A stretch of DNA of 30,469 bases from IMG/VR virus record IMGVR_UViG_3300017909_003333, positions 1-30,469 of that record, one strand, 5' to 3'. Origin of the DNA: a virus (taxonomy: Duplodnaviria > Caudoviricetes). This document shows, piece after piece, positions 1-9,320 of the stretch (positions are counted from its first letter, which is position 1; every line of letters begins with the position of its first letter). The notes under the pieces were generated by a model. That model was given only the letters and a program-made list of their open reading frames with translations. It did no database searches and was not told the DNA's origin. A program made the translations under genes and the position numbers.

Positions 1-639
1 ATCTTCTATAACAAACGAATTACCAGTACCAGTGTTGGTTATTGTCATTGCAACATTGTTTGATGATTGGTTTACCAAAACATCTGTAAGAGTTTTGTTA
101 GTGAGTGTTTCAGTACCAGCAAGAGTTGCAAAGGAACCATCAGACAGGGCTGTATTGAACTCAGCTGTGGTTCCTGTCAATGTATTGTCTGTCAAGTCAA
201 CAGTTTTGTTAGTAAGAGTCTCTGTACCAGCAAGAGTTGCAAAATCCTGATCGGACAATGCAGTATTAAATTCTGCAATAGTTCCAGTAACAGTGTTGTT
301 TGCGAAATTAAATGTTTTGTTTGTAAGTGTATCGGTAGTATCCTTTAATACCACAGTGCCCGTAGCATCTGGCAAAGTTATCGTTCTATCTGCGGTAGGG
401 TCTACAACTGTAAGAGTTAGTTCGTTACCATCAACTGTAGAACCTTCGAAAACCAATGACGCACCAAATTCTATAGAAGATGCAGAGAGAACTCCTATAG
501 AGGCTTCTGTTACCGACAGAGAGCTAAAGTTTATGGTTCCACTCTCTATAGCACTTACGTCCGTTACTAGATTGTTAAACTGCTGACGCAGTTGGTCAAT
601 AGTACCAGAGGTTGTTATTTCTGTCGCTCGTATTGCCAT
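1..639 (-). CDS. Tail fibre / virion structural protein, N-terminal part (runs off left edge)
   Basis: Not in the ORF track (truncated). ATG at 639 directly follows the upstream TAA. Hand translation: MAIRATEITTSGTIDQLRQQFNNLV...FEGSTVDGNELTLTVVDPTADRTITLPDATGTVV... with TLTNKT repeats typical of marine phage fibres; open to position 1. Confidence 0.8.
   Translation of the reverse strand, partial: MAIRATEITTSGTIDQLRQQFNNLVTDVSAIESGTINFSSLSVTEASIGVLSASSIEFGASLVFEGSTVDGNELTLTVVDPTADRTITLPDATGTVVLKDTTDTLTNKTFNFANNTVTGTIAEFNTALSDQDFATLAGTETLTNKTVDLTDNTLTGTTAEFNTALSDGSFATLAGTETLTNKTLTDVLVNQSSNNVAMTITNTGTGNSFVIED
91..340 (-). repeat. 111-bp (37-aa) degenerate coding repeat, about 2.3 copies
   Basis: Equivalent positions at 91, 202 and 313; unit FATLAGTETLTNKTVDLTDNTLTGTTAEFNTALSDGS. 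Confidence 0.85.
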
Positions 640-864
640 TTACTTTTCCACTAGTTGAGTTAACAATCTTTTAATTTCGTGCATTTCGCTCTTTAGAGTA
701 TTTATTTCTCTAACAGCGTCTCTGATTTGATCTCTAGACTCTTGTGCTTTTTTTGCCTTTTCTATTGCACTTTTGTATGCACTTTCGTTAGTAGAAACTA
801 CACCTAAAGAGTGCATATCTCTTGCAAGTCCATCAAAGTCGGCTACTTTTACAAATTTACTCAT
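640..864 (-). CDS. Small coiled-coil hypothetical protein downstream of the VrlC-like gene
   Basis: 74 aa; TAATG-coupled to the upstream gene; C-terminal heptads EINTLKSEMHEIKRLLTQLV. Confidence 0.8.
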   Translation of the reverse strand: MSKFVKVADFDGLARDMHSLGVVSTNESAYKSAIEKAKKAQESRDQIRDAVREINTLKSEMHEIKRLLTQLVEK

Positions 865-3800
865 TACGTTGCAAGCGCGATAGCGCGCAAGTCCTTAATT
901 CTAATTGGTTCTGCAGCGTTAGTACCCTGTCCAACAATCTTAATTGCAAACTTAACAAAAGAAGGAAGTGGTGTACCAGTTCCATCTCCTTTCACACCAG
1001 CCGTAAATTCATACTCCTGAAAATCATTTTGATCGGCAGAAGGATTAACCGTATTGTCAGAAGTGCCGGTAGTGTTAAAGTATTCATACCCTAATTCATC
1101 AAACTCTGAAGCATCGTCTGAACGCAAGATCTTATACAATACTTTAATTGTAGAAGTACTATGTCTGTGTGCAATAAAAAATACCTTGAGTGATGAAGCA
1201 GCGTTCTGTAAAGGAATTGCCTTTGTCACATATACAAATGCGTTTAAGTCTCCATCAGGCAAATCGGAACCACGGAAATCGTCACTTGGATATCCTCCGG
1301 TATTTGTTCCAGCGGTAAATGTTGCACTATCAACAACATTCATTCTGTTACCAATCGCAAGAACAGAAATGTCTTGAAGGTCAAGAACAGGTGAAATATT
1401 TGGATTACTTGTTTCTAGGGTACAAGTAACCTTCAAAGACTTAGTACCTGACATCTCATTAGATTCATTAACATCCGATGCAATAAGTTTGGATGAAGAA
1501 AACTCGAAGGTCTCTCCCAAAGGTATTTCTATTTCATTTGCCTGAGCGGTAGCGGTAAACGAAGTCTCACTACCAGTTGGGCTCGTACCAGAAGTTGGTT
1601 GAATCGCACACTGAATAATAGTGTTTGGAAACTCCATATTATTTACCAAAGTCTTTATGGATTCGTATCTGTAGTTTTCAGAAGCGAAAACATTTGTTCC
1701 ACCAACCTCTTGATATTCTGAATCTCCAGGCACCACAGCGGACGTGGTAGTTGAAATAACGTAAGAGTCCATTTGTATATTAGAAATGGAAGTGTGTACC
1801 TTGTTTATTTCTGTAAGTGGAACGCCAAGGATTTGATAAAGTTCAACAGTATCCCCAGCGGCATGAACGGCCGCAGTTCCCTCTGTAGCTCTTGTCAGAC
1901 CTGTTACCGCAACATTTCCGTTGAAGTTATCAGAAGCGATTGTACCCTGCATAACCTCAGTACCAATTTTTAAGAACACGTCACCTGAAGAATGATTTGA
2001 CGCGGCAAACTTCAATCCATTTGTCAAAGTCAAACTGGTAGCAGATGCAGTAATTCCACTGACCAAAGTTGTGGTCGCACCAGAAGAAACTCCAGACAAT
2101 CTGACATTATTTGCAGTAGAATACATACCGTGGTCAAAATGTTTAACTCTTACCTTTGTCGTATTACCAGATGCGTCTGAGAATAACAACGGATTTGGTC
2201 GTGTAAGTTTTTTACCATACCTTGTAGTATTAAATTCGTCAAGATATTCTTCACCAATAATCCCATTGTTAAATGTAATTCTAGACCTTCTGTTTGTAGA
2301 GAAAACGGCCTTTCTTAAAGTGAATTTTAGATCTTCGGAAGGAGAAGATGTCCATGCAGTATTGTTCTGTGATTTAAACAGTACACCAAGATGTGGTTGT
2401 TTAGATATTGATCTACTTCCACCAATATCAACTTCACCCATTCTGGAAATCCAAACACGATACGTGGTAACGTGACTTCTTACAACGATTGCATATTCTT
2501 GTCCTTCTCTCAGATATACGGGAGAGTCGAACACAAACCTAGTTGCAACAGAAGCGTCATCAGAAACGTTTACATCTTCTGGGTTAAGTTTCTTAACACC
2601 GTAAGGAATAATCTTTGGGCCAGGGTATCCATTTACAACATCACGAATTTCAACCCAAACAATGTGATCGTCATCTTTTTGTGAGAAGTAAAGGTCTAAG
2701 TTGGTAACAAAACAACCACCAGCTTCACTGACTAGGAATGTTTGTGCAATTGGATCTCGAGCAGCACCACTTGGAGCCTCGCACCAGAATCCCCCGCCGA
2801 GATTCCTATCACTTCTAAAGATAAATCTCTCACCTCTATCATCCGTCCAGAAAGTGCCAATGGCGGGATTAGTTGGTCGCACATTTTCATCTTCTTGGAC
2901 AACAACGATATTGTCGAATGTATCCTGTTCGTCCTGATTTGTAATTACTGTTGTTATATTGTTGTCGGTAGCAGTAGTTGTTGTTTCAGTTGCGGTATCT
3001 GTTTCTATAACAAAAACATCATCATCAGAATCCCGTGCAGACTGTGGAACTGCTGGAGGTTCAGGAGGCAAAACAAACGCAGGATTGGGTACGTTTCTTG
3101 GATTACCCCAGCGAGTAACACCACCTGTGACATCTCTTTCATCTCTAGTTGTGGTTTGAACAACTTCAGCAACCTGAGTTGAAATAACGGTATCCTGTAC
3201 TGTCTCGCGCAAACCCTGTGCAAAAAACTTTGCATTTGCAGATGCAAGTGGAGCAGGAGCCCTTTGGTTTGTTGCACTAGTCGTGATTCTAAATGTTCTT
3301 TCACCTGTCTTGAACGAGGGATTGTTTTCAGTTCCTGGCCCAACTGTGGGGGGAATGAAAAAAGTACCTTCAACGTCACCAATTGAGTTTGTGACAAGTT
3401 GCAAACCTCTGTTCAAAGCATTATTTGGTAGAGTGTTTTCAGATGTTGGTTCCGTCCAAGAACCACTTGTAAATTCTTCTGCAGCTGGAGTACATAAGTT
3501 ACTTACATTTTCTCCGTCAAAGAATATATACACTTTTGCGTTTGGAGGAAATGCATAACCCTTAAAAGAAATCTGTTGTGAACGAATAAAGGGAACAAAG
3601 GCAATGTTACTTACCTTATCACCAAGTCGAATTGTTTCTGTTCTAGAAACAAGTTCTGTGGTGATTCCCGTTCTAACCTGTTTAGTATCGGCAGACAACA
3701 GTTCCCTTTGTTCAAAAGTTCTAACATTTGATGCAGCAGAACTTTGATCGAATATTCCTGTATTTTGCAGTTCACCCGTCCAGAAAGTATCCCACTCTCC

Positions 3801-6800
3801 CCAAACAGTTCCAAAGAAATTATTTGTACCTTCCTCAGAAATTCTCCTAATAGCATCAAAGTTACCATCAAATTCTCTGAGAACATCTGGAGCTCTTTCA
3901 GTTTCTTTCCAACTGTCAGAGTTTGGTGTCAACTCTACCTTACCAACCCATTTAGGAGCATAGTGCGGTTGTACACTTTCCGTATCTGACGCATAATCGT
4001 TCTGCGTAAGAATGGTTGAAATATATGGCAGTGTTAAAAGGTTACCTGTTTTTCTGTATGAAGAATTTTCTCTAGCAGTGTCAGTGGTATTTTCTTCAAT
4101 AAGACTAATCTGTTTGGTAATACACTGAGGACGCAACTCCCTTGTTTTAGGATCGATAGCGGCCTTGTAATCTTTGTTCAAATGGTCACCAACTCTGTGG
4201 CCAGTGAAATTATCAACAACAAACCCAGACTTGAATCGATTTACTCCAATAGAATCCGTAAGTTCTAAAGACGCAGTATCTCTTTCTAAAAGAGAAAGGT
4301 TAGTGTAAAACTCTAAGTTTTCAATTCTCTTTTCAAGTTTACCAATATCCTTCATCGTGTATCTTTGATGATTCATTCTTGTAATTTGAATATCATCCAC
4401 GGTGAATGTATATGCAGGAACAAACAGTTCTGCAAGTTTTATGGCCTCATCCAAGGGTTTGGGAGGCCGAGGCCTTTCAGCAGGAACACCAGAAACTATA
4501 TGAACCTCACCAATAACATCCATGAAGACATGAGCAATATATGATAAGTAGAAATCATAGTCAAAAGTTGCAACAACATTTGGTTTTGGTGTGTCTACAG
4601 AAGAAGAACCTGTACCAGTGAAACTTCTGTTTGAAAAATCTAAATCGTTAGTTGTTATTGTATCTGTCGCAAGCACACTCGATGATGCGTCAGAAGAGGA
4701 TGCAACTGTAGGTCTAAAATCAATCGCATCAGCAAGAGGATAAACACCTGAAGGTTCTGGATCGTCAGGGTCAATCTTAGTTGCAGTATAAACAGGTATA
4801 TCATCGTAGTCCATCTGGTTTGCACCAGTGTCCACATAGGAGTCAACTGAGAAAAATGTACCAGAACCGTGTTCCAGAAAATCGTAGACACAAAGCAGTC
4901 TTCCAGTAGGAGCGGGGCGACCAGGCTTTCTTATAAGTCTCGAAATATCGTAATAGTTATCTCTTTGTCCAGTGTCAAGCGCATAACTTGAGGTAATTAT
5001 TTTACTTCCTTCTGTCAGCGTTCCAACTACAGCAGTTGCACCGGAAGACTGTCCTGTTATGGTTTCTCCAGAAGTAAAATTAGAAGCACCAACACCAGCA
5101 AGAAGAACATACTCGATTGGTGAAGTAGAAACAGCAATACGCGCTGTAACGCCACTAGTTGAACCAACAATTCTTTCACCGATGATAAAAGAACCAGTTT
5201 GTCCAGATATCGTTGCGGTAGGCATTGCGGCATCAGTACTCGTATCTTCTGAGTCATAAACTGCTTGTAATCTAAAAACATCTGCACGGCCAAGAGATAT
5301 AACGTCATCTGTAGCCCTAGTACCAAATGCACCAGTTTCATTTCCAGTAAACTCCCTAACTTTTTGTTTCTTAGAAAGTCTAGTTGTTTTTGTTTTAGAT
5401 GCGGTGTCGTTCTTCAGAATAGTTGTTGTTAATTTACCAACAAAATCTGAACCAGACCCAAATACCGCAGAATCATTTAGAGTAAAAGAGCCAGCAGAAA
5501 TTGATGCACTACTGATATCAATAACATCCCCAGCTGCAGCACTGCCTCCAGAACCCGCAGTCAAACAGGTAAGAGTGTAATCAGAATTTTCGTTACCAGT
5601 TACAAATGTTTCCCCAGAAGCGGTTGACGCAGAAATTACACCAGAAGCGGCGGTAACGACAAATTGTCTGCGTATTGTCTGGTCATTTTCAGGACTGTTA
5701 TTATTGTCAGCAGTGAGAAGAGACTTAATTGCCTTCTTAGTTAGCAGATAAACTCCAATATTTTTTTCTGGGTCGTTAAGTTTAGTTCTTTTCCGTACAA
5801 CGTTAGCAGTTGTAATTTCATCTGTTGAAGGTGCGGCAGTAAAGGAGAGTGCAGTTGCAGTTACCGCATCAACAACCCTATCCTCTGTTGCGCCAGCCGC
5901 ACCAGTAGGAATAGCAATAACATCACCCACTGCAACTTCATTAGAGAAGTTTGTTCCAGAAACACTAATTAAGTTGTCATCACCAGTGGTTTCTGTTCTT
6001 GAAGTACCACTTAAAGTAAGTTCTGCATCAAGAGATGAGTCAGCAGTAAAATCATTAGTAGAAGTGCCGCCAGAATTTAGTTGCACGAACTGTTTTACTT
6101 GCGAAATATCTTTTACTGCAATAGAAGAAATTGTTAGGTCGGTATTTCCTGAATTTTCAATGAGTCTGTCTGTTTCGGCAGAGTCAGACGCAATTAATTT
6201 TTCTCCGGTAACAAAAGTTCCCTGTACAGCGATTACGTTTACAGTAGTGCCAGAAGTACCAGTACCATAAACAAAACCAGTTGCACCAGAAGATGCACCT
6301 TTTAATCTTACACCATTAGTGTGTACTGAAGTAAGTGTTGGACTTGGTGTACCACTCAAAGTCAACACTGTAAACATTCTAACGTCAAAGATGAACAGTT
6401 TATGTACGGCAGAAGTTGCACCTACAGTACCAGAAGAGTACTGCATGGTTTTTGCACGACAAACACCGATTTGAGTACCAGAAGCCGTACCTCTGGTAGA
6501 AGTTAAAGTATCATATAATTCTATCTCCCCATAAGGAGTTGTTTCAGTAAGGTCAGATACGTCTGGTTGACCAAAAACGTTAGTTACATTGATGTAGTTA
6601 CCAAGTTCACAGTTAATTGCGCCATTAGAAACTGTCTGCGTTGTTCTTGCCTTTACAACATCCTTTCTAATCGTGCTTGGGGTTTCTACTTCGTAACCAC
6701 GAATATACGCTTTCCCTGGCGATACTGCAAGAACAAATCTTCCCTCGTCTGCAACATTGCCATCATCGGTCGTCTGACCAGCGGTGTAAACCCCCCGAAA

Positions 6801-7787
6801 ATCCTTTGCACCAACTCTATTAAAAAGTTGTTCTCTGCAATCCATCATAAATGGACGAACAGTGTAATCTCCAGATTCATCATAAGTTCTTCTTGCAAGG
6901 GTCTGTCCAAGAACAGAATATTCTGTCCCCCTTGCCTGTCTTAAAAGTGCGCCATTGATAACCTGTGTAAGTTCTATAAAGTTATTATCACTCTTAGACT
7001 GAATAGGCAGAGAAGTAAGTTCTAATGAATATTGTAATCTGTGAGCACCCTTAGCCGAAAAGTTTGATGAACCAGTTGAGTTATCATCAAGGGAACCGTC
7101 TTGTTCTGGAGTAATGATTGATTCGGTTACTCTAAGTCCGATTCTAGCACTTGGAATACGAGATCTTTCACTAATTACGTGAGTCTGTTCTGCAAGTCTG
7201 ACAAAGGTTCCTCGAATGTAGTAGACTCCACCGTGAGCCGTAATCGCACAGCCTCGACGAGCAGCACCGGAAGAAACAGTTGACGCAGAAGCAACGTTAG
7301 AACCATACGTAGTTGTATGTGTAATAGAAACATCTGCAATAATGCTTTCATTATTTGCAAACTGACGAGTCTCTTGGTCTGTTCCAAAATCAGTGTACTG
7401 TACAAACAATACGGGAGATGTTGTTGCAGTTGCAGCCTTAACCCCAAGAACTTGTGCCTTCACACCAGTTGTAGCCCCACGAATTGTTACAGGTTTTGTT
7501 GTATTTAAATACTGAGAAACGTCAATGTTTTCCCCAGAAAATGTGGTGTTCAATTGAATGTTGTAGTAACTTGTATTGATACCCAAACCGCCTGGGATTA
7601 CCTCATCACCTTCTTTAAAGATGTGAGAACCCATTCGTTCGATTTGGTTCTGTAGGATAGACTGAAGTTGAGTTAGTTCTCTTGCCTGCACTGCGAAGCC
7701 AGGACGAAACAACACTCTGTGAAAATTCTTATTTTCACTAAAGTCATCAAAATATGGTGCTACATTTAAATCAGTTTTTTGAGGCAT
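864..7787 (-). CDS. vrlC: VrlC-like (DUF4815-type) large virion structural protein
   Basis: 2307 aa; N-terminus MPQKTDLNVAPYFDDF...VLFRPGFAVQARELTQLQS, internal RFKSGFVVDNF and DPIAQTF, C-terminus PIRIKDLRAIALA; located after gp8 as in T4-like marine phages. Confidence 0.88.
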   Translation of the reverse strand: MPQKTDLNVAPYFDDFSENKNFHRVLFRPGFAVQARELTQLQSILQNQIERMGSHIFKEGDEVIPGGLGINTSYYNIQLNTTFSGENIDVSQYLNTTKPVTIRGATTGVKAQVLGVKAATATTSPVLFVQYTDFGTDQETRQFANNESIIADVSITHTTTYGSNVASASTVSSGAARRGCAITAHGGVYYIRGTFVRLAEQTHVISERSRIPSARIGLRVTESIITPEQDGSLDDNSTGSSNFSAKGAHRLQYSLELTSLPIQSKSDNNFIELTQVINGALLRQARGTEYSVLGQTLARRTYDESGDYTVRPFMMDCREQLFNRVGAKDFRGVYTAGQTTDDGNVADEGRFVLAVSPGKAYIRGYEVETPSTIRKDVVKARTTQTVSNGAINCELGNYINVTNVFGQPDVSDLTETTPYGEIELYDTLTSTRGTASGTQIGVCRAKTMQYSSGTVGATSAVHKLFIFDVRMFTVLTLSGTPSPTLTSVHTNGVRLKGASSGATGFVYGTGTSGTTVNVIAVQGTFVTGEKLIASDSAETDRLIENSGNTDLTISSIAVKDISQVKQFVQLNSGGTSTNDFTADSSLDAELTLSGTSRTETTGDDNLISVSGTNFSNEVAVGDVIAIPTGAAGATEDRVVDAVTATALSFTAAPSTDEITTANVVRKRTKLNDPEKNIGVYLLTKKAIKSLLTADNNNSPENDQTIRRQFVVTAASGVISASTASGETFVTGNENSDYTLTCLTAGSGGSAAAGDVIDISSASISAGSFTLNDSAVFGSGSDFVGKLTTTILKNDTASKTKTTRLSKKQKVREFTGNETGAFGTRATDDVISLGRADVFRLQAVYDSEDTSTDAAMPTATISGQTGSFIIGERIVGSTSGVTARIAVSTSPIEYVLLAGVGASNFTSGETITGQSSGATAVVGTLTEGSKIITSSYALDTGQRDNYYDISRLIRKPGRPAPTGRLLCVYDFLEHGSGTFFSVDSYVDTGANQMDYDDIPVYTATKIDPDDPEPSGVYPLADAIDFRPTVASSSDASSSVLATDTITTNDLDFSNRSFTGTGSSSVDTPKPNVVATFDYDFYLSYIAHVFMDVIGEVHIVSGVPAERPRPPKPLDEAIKLAELFVPAYTFTVDDIQITRMNHQRYTMKDIGKLEKRIENLEFYTNLSLLERDTASLELTDSIGVNRFKSGFVVDNFTGHRVGDHLNKDYKAAIDPKTRELRPQCITKQISLIEENTTDTARENSSYRKTGNLLTLPYISTILTQNDYASDTESVQPHYAPKWVGKVELTPNSDSWKETERAPDVLREFDGNFDAIRRISEEGTNNFFGTVWGEWDTFWTGELQNTGIFDQSSAASNVRTFEQRELLSADTKQVRTGITTELVSRTETIRLGDKVSNIAFVPFIRSQQISFKGYAFPPNAKVYIFFDGENVSNLCTPAAEEFTSGSWTEPTSENTLPNNALNRGLQLVTNSIGDVEGTFFIPPTVGPGTENNPSFKTGERTFRITTSATNQRAPAPLASANAKFFAQGLRETVQDTVISTQVAEVVQTTTRDERDVTGGVTRWGNPRNVPNPAFVLPPEPPAVPQSARDSDDDVFVIETDTATETTTTATDNNITTVITNQDEQDTFDNIVVVQEDENVRPTNPAIGTFWTDDRGERFIFRSDRNLGGGFWCEAPSGAARDPIAQTFLVSEAGGCFVTNLDLYFSQKDDDHIVWVEIRDVVNGYPGPKIIPYGVKKLNPEDVNVSDDASVATRFVFDSPVYLREGQEYAIVVRSHVTTYRVWISRMGEVDIGGSRSISKQPHLGVLFKSQNNTAWTSSPSEDLKFTLRKAVFSTNRRSRITFNNGIIGEEYLDEFNTTRYGKKLTRPNPLLFSDASGNTTKVRVKHFDHGMYSTANNVRLSGVSSGATTTLVSGITASATSLTLTNGLKFAASNHSSGDVFLKIGTEVMQGTIASDNFNGNVAVTGLTRATEGTAAVHAAGDTVELYQILGVPLTEINKVHTSISNIQMDSYVISTTTSAVVPGDSEYQEVGGTNVFASENYRYESIKTLVNNMEFPNTIIQCAIQPTSGTSPTGSETSFTATAQANEIEIPLGETFEFSSSKLIASDVNESNEMSGTKSLKVTCTLETSNPNISPVLDLQDISVLAIGNRMNVVDSATFTAGTNTGGYPSDDFRGSDLPDGDLNAFVYVTKAIPLQNAASSLKVFFIAHRHSTSTIKVLYKILRSDDASEFDELGYEYFNTTGTSDNTVNPSADQNDFQEYEFTAGVKGDGTGTPLPSFVKFAIKIVGQGTNAAEPIRIKDLRAIALAT

Positions 7788-7788
7788 C

Positions 7789-9288
7789 TTAGAACTCTAT
7801 GATTACTTTAATATCTTCTGTTTGGTCGGAGACTCTTTGAATTGGTTTTCTATTTTCTATATAGAGAATCTCTCCACTGTCCGGTTGCAAATCTGGATTT
7901 GCGTAACCAGAAGTAAACGTTATTAAGTTAGAATTTAACAATGTGACAGTTTCACTTGCAGTTGTTTGAGGAGTACCTACAGCAGAGGAAGTTGAACCTG
8001 TAATGTTATTCGTCCCACTAAACGTCACATATCCACCAGTTACAGCACTCGCACCATAGTCTCCAAATCTTTCCTGAGACAAATAAAGAATGTTGTTTGT
8101 ACTATCCCATTCTACAACTCTTCCTATGGCTCCAGTTGTTGTTTGTGTAATAACTTCGTCTACAACAAATGCACCCGTAACACTAGAAAACTTAACAGCG
8201 GTAGTTTGTCTGTGTGTTGCAGCAGACGCAACAGTTGTTGAACCATACAAAGTAGGATTCTTAATAATACCAATCTGTCTATAGTCATTCGCAGTTGTAA
8301 AATCATCACCCTCTGCCTGTGTTAAAGTGATGTTGGTAATTACAAAGTGTCCACCAAGTTCCTCTACTGCGTCACTACCATGACCACCTTTTGGTGATAT
8401 AACGACACGAACTGCGCCTCCTGTTCCCGAACCCATTCCAGAAGAGGTTGTAAGTGCAGCATCAGAAAAAGTGTATCCAGATGCAAGATTAACCGTTCCA
8501 AAAGTGTAACCCGAACCACCAGCATGAATAGTGGTGTCGGTTCCAGCAGACAAACCGAAGTTTTGAATTTGTCCACCTACAACAGTAATTCTTACTATAG
8601 CCCCAGAAGCAGTTCCTTGACTAGCACCATCACCATACACTGCCGCATAATAAGTGCCGTCGGTATAACCTGAGCCGGCAGTAATTACGAGAGATTCTAT
8701 TTTCCCGTCAGTTGCGGCCGCAGAAACAGTTGAGTTGGTAGATACAGGAACAAAGTCTGTGGTTGCAAACTTCACCGCATCAGAAGCACTTACTGTGTAC
8801 ATGTATTTTAAAACATAACCCCCAGACTCAAAAGGAGTGTTGGATGTTGAAGTTGGTTCTGTACCAGAATATGCAGTACCACCGTTGTTATCCAAAACCT
8901 TATATACATTAAAGTCCGTGGTTACAAAATAAAAACTAGACTGATACAGGTTTGAAGCACCACTATCACTCAAATTGGTTGTACTTCTAGTGTCATCATA
9001 CATGTCATATACAGTGCCGTTTGCCCAATTTCTTCTTGGAACTGCAAAGGTGATGTCACTTGTTGTTATTTTTTTGGCTGCGAGCATCGAGTCCCAAAGA
9101 TAAAACTCTGGACTCACTCCATCTACAGGAGTAGGGGGATTGGTATCTGTTCCACCCGTTGTGCTTGTAGTAAACGAAGTGTGTTTACCGATAAACAAAT
9201 AGTATGAATCAGATACAGCCTCTGAAAACGATTCAAAAAATTGATTCGCGTTGTGTTGTTTAAATTTTTCTGTGATAATGGCAGTCAT
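7789..9288 (-). CDS. gp8: Baseplate wedge subunit gp8
   Basis: MTAIITEKF.. start, VPRRNW..GTVYDMY, FNVYKVLDNNG, GYVLKYMYT, ISPKGGHG, C-terminal ILYIENRKPIQR..DQTEDIKVIIEF; synteny. Confidence 0.92.
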   Translation of the reverse strand: MTAIITEKFKQHNANQFFESFSEAVSDSYYLFIGKHTSFTTSTTGGTDTNPPTPVDGVSPEFYLWDSMLAAKKITTSDITFAVPRRNWANGTVYDMYDDTRSTTNLSDSGASNLYQSSFYFVTTDFNVYKVLDNNGGTAYSGTEPTSTSNTPFESGGYVLKYMYTVSASDAVKFATTDFVPVSTNSTVSAAATDGKIESLVITAGSGYTDGTYYAAVYGDGASQGTASGAIVRITVVGGQIQNFGLSAGTDTTIHAGGSGYTFGTVNLASGYTFSDAALTTSSGMGSGTGGAVRVVISPKGGHGSDAVEELGGHFVITNITLTQAEGDDFTTANDYRQIGIIKNPTLYGSTTVASAATHRQTTAVKFSSVTGAFVVDEVITQTTTGAIGRVVEWDSTNNILYLSQERFGDYGASAVTGGYVTFSGTNNITGSTSSAVGTPQTTASETVTLLNSNLITFTSGYANPDLQPDSGEILYIENRKPIQRVSDQTEDIKVIIEF

Positions 9289-9307
9289 GGTTTTCCTCGG
9301 TATATTC

Positions 9308-9315
9308 TATTTATA
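9308..9315 (-). promoter_or_regulatory. T4-type late promoter TATAAATA upstream of gp8
   Basis: tatttata on the plus strand in the 32-bp gp7/gp8 gap, followed on the minus strand by RBS GAGG and ATG at 9288. Confidence 0.85.
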
Positions 9316-9320
9316 ACACA

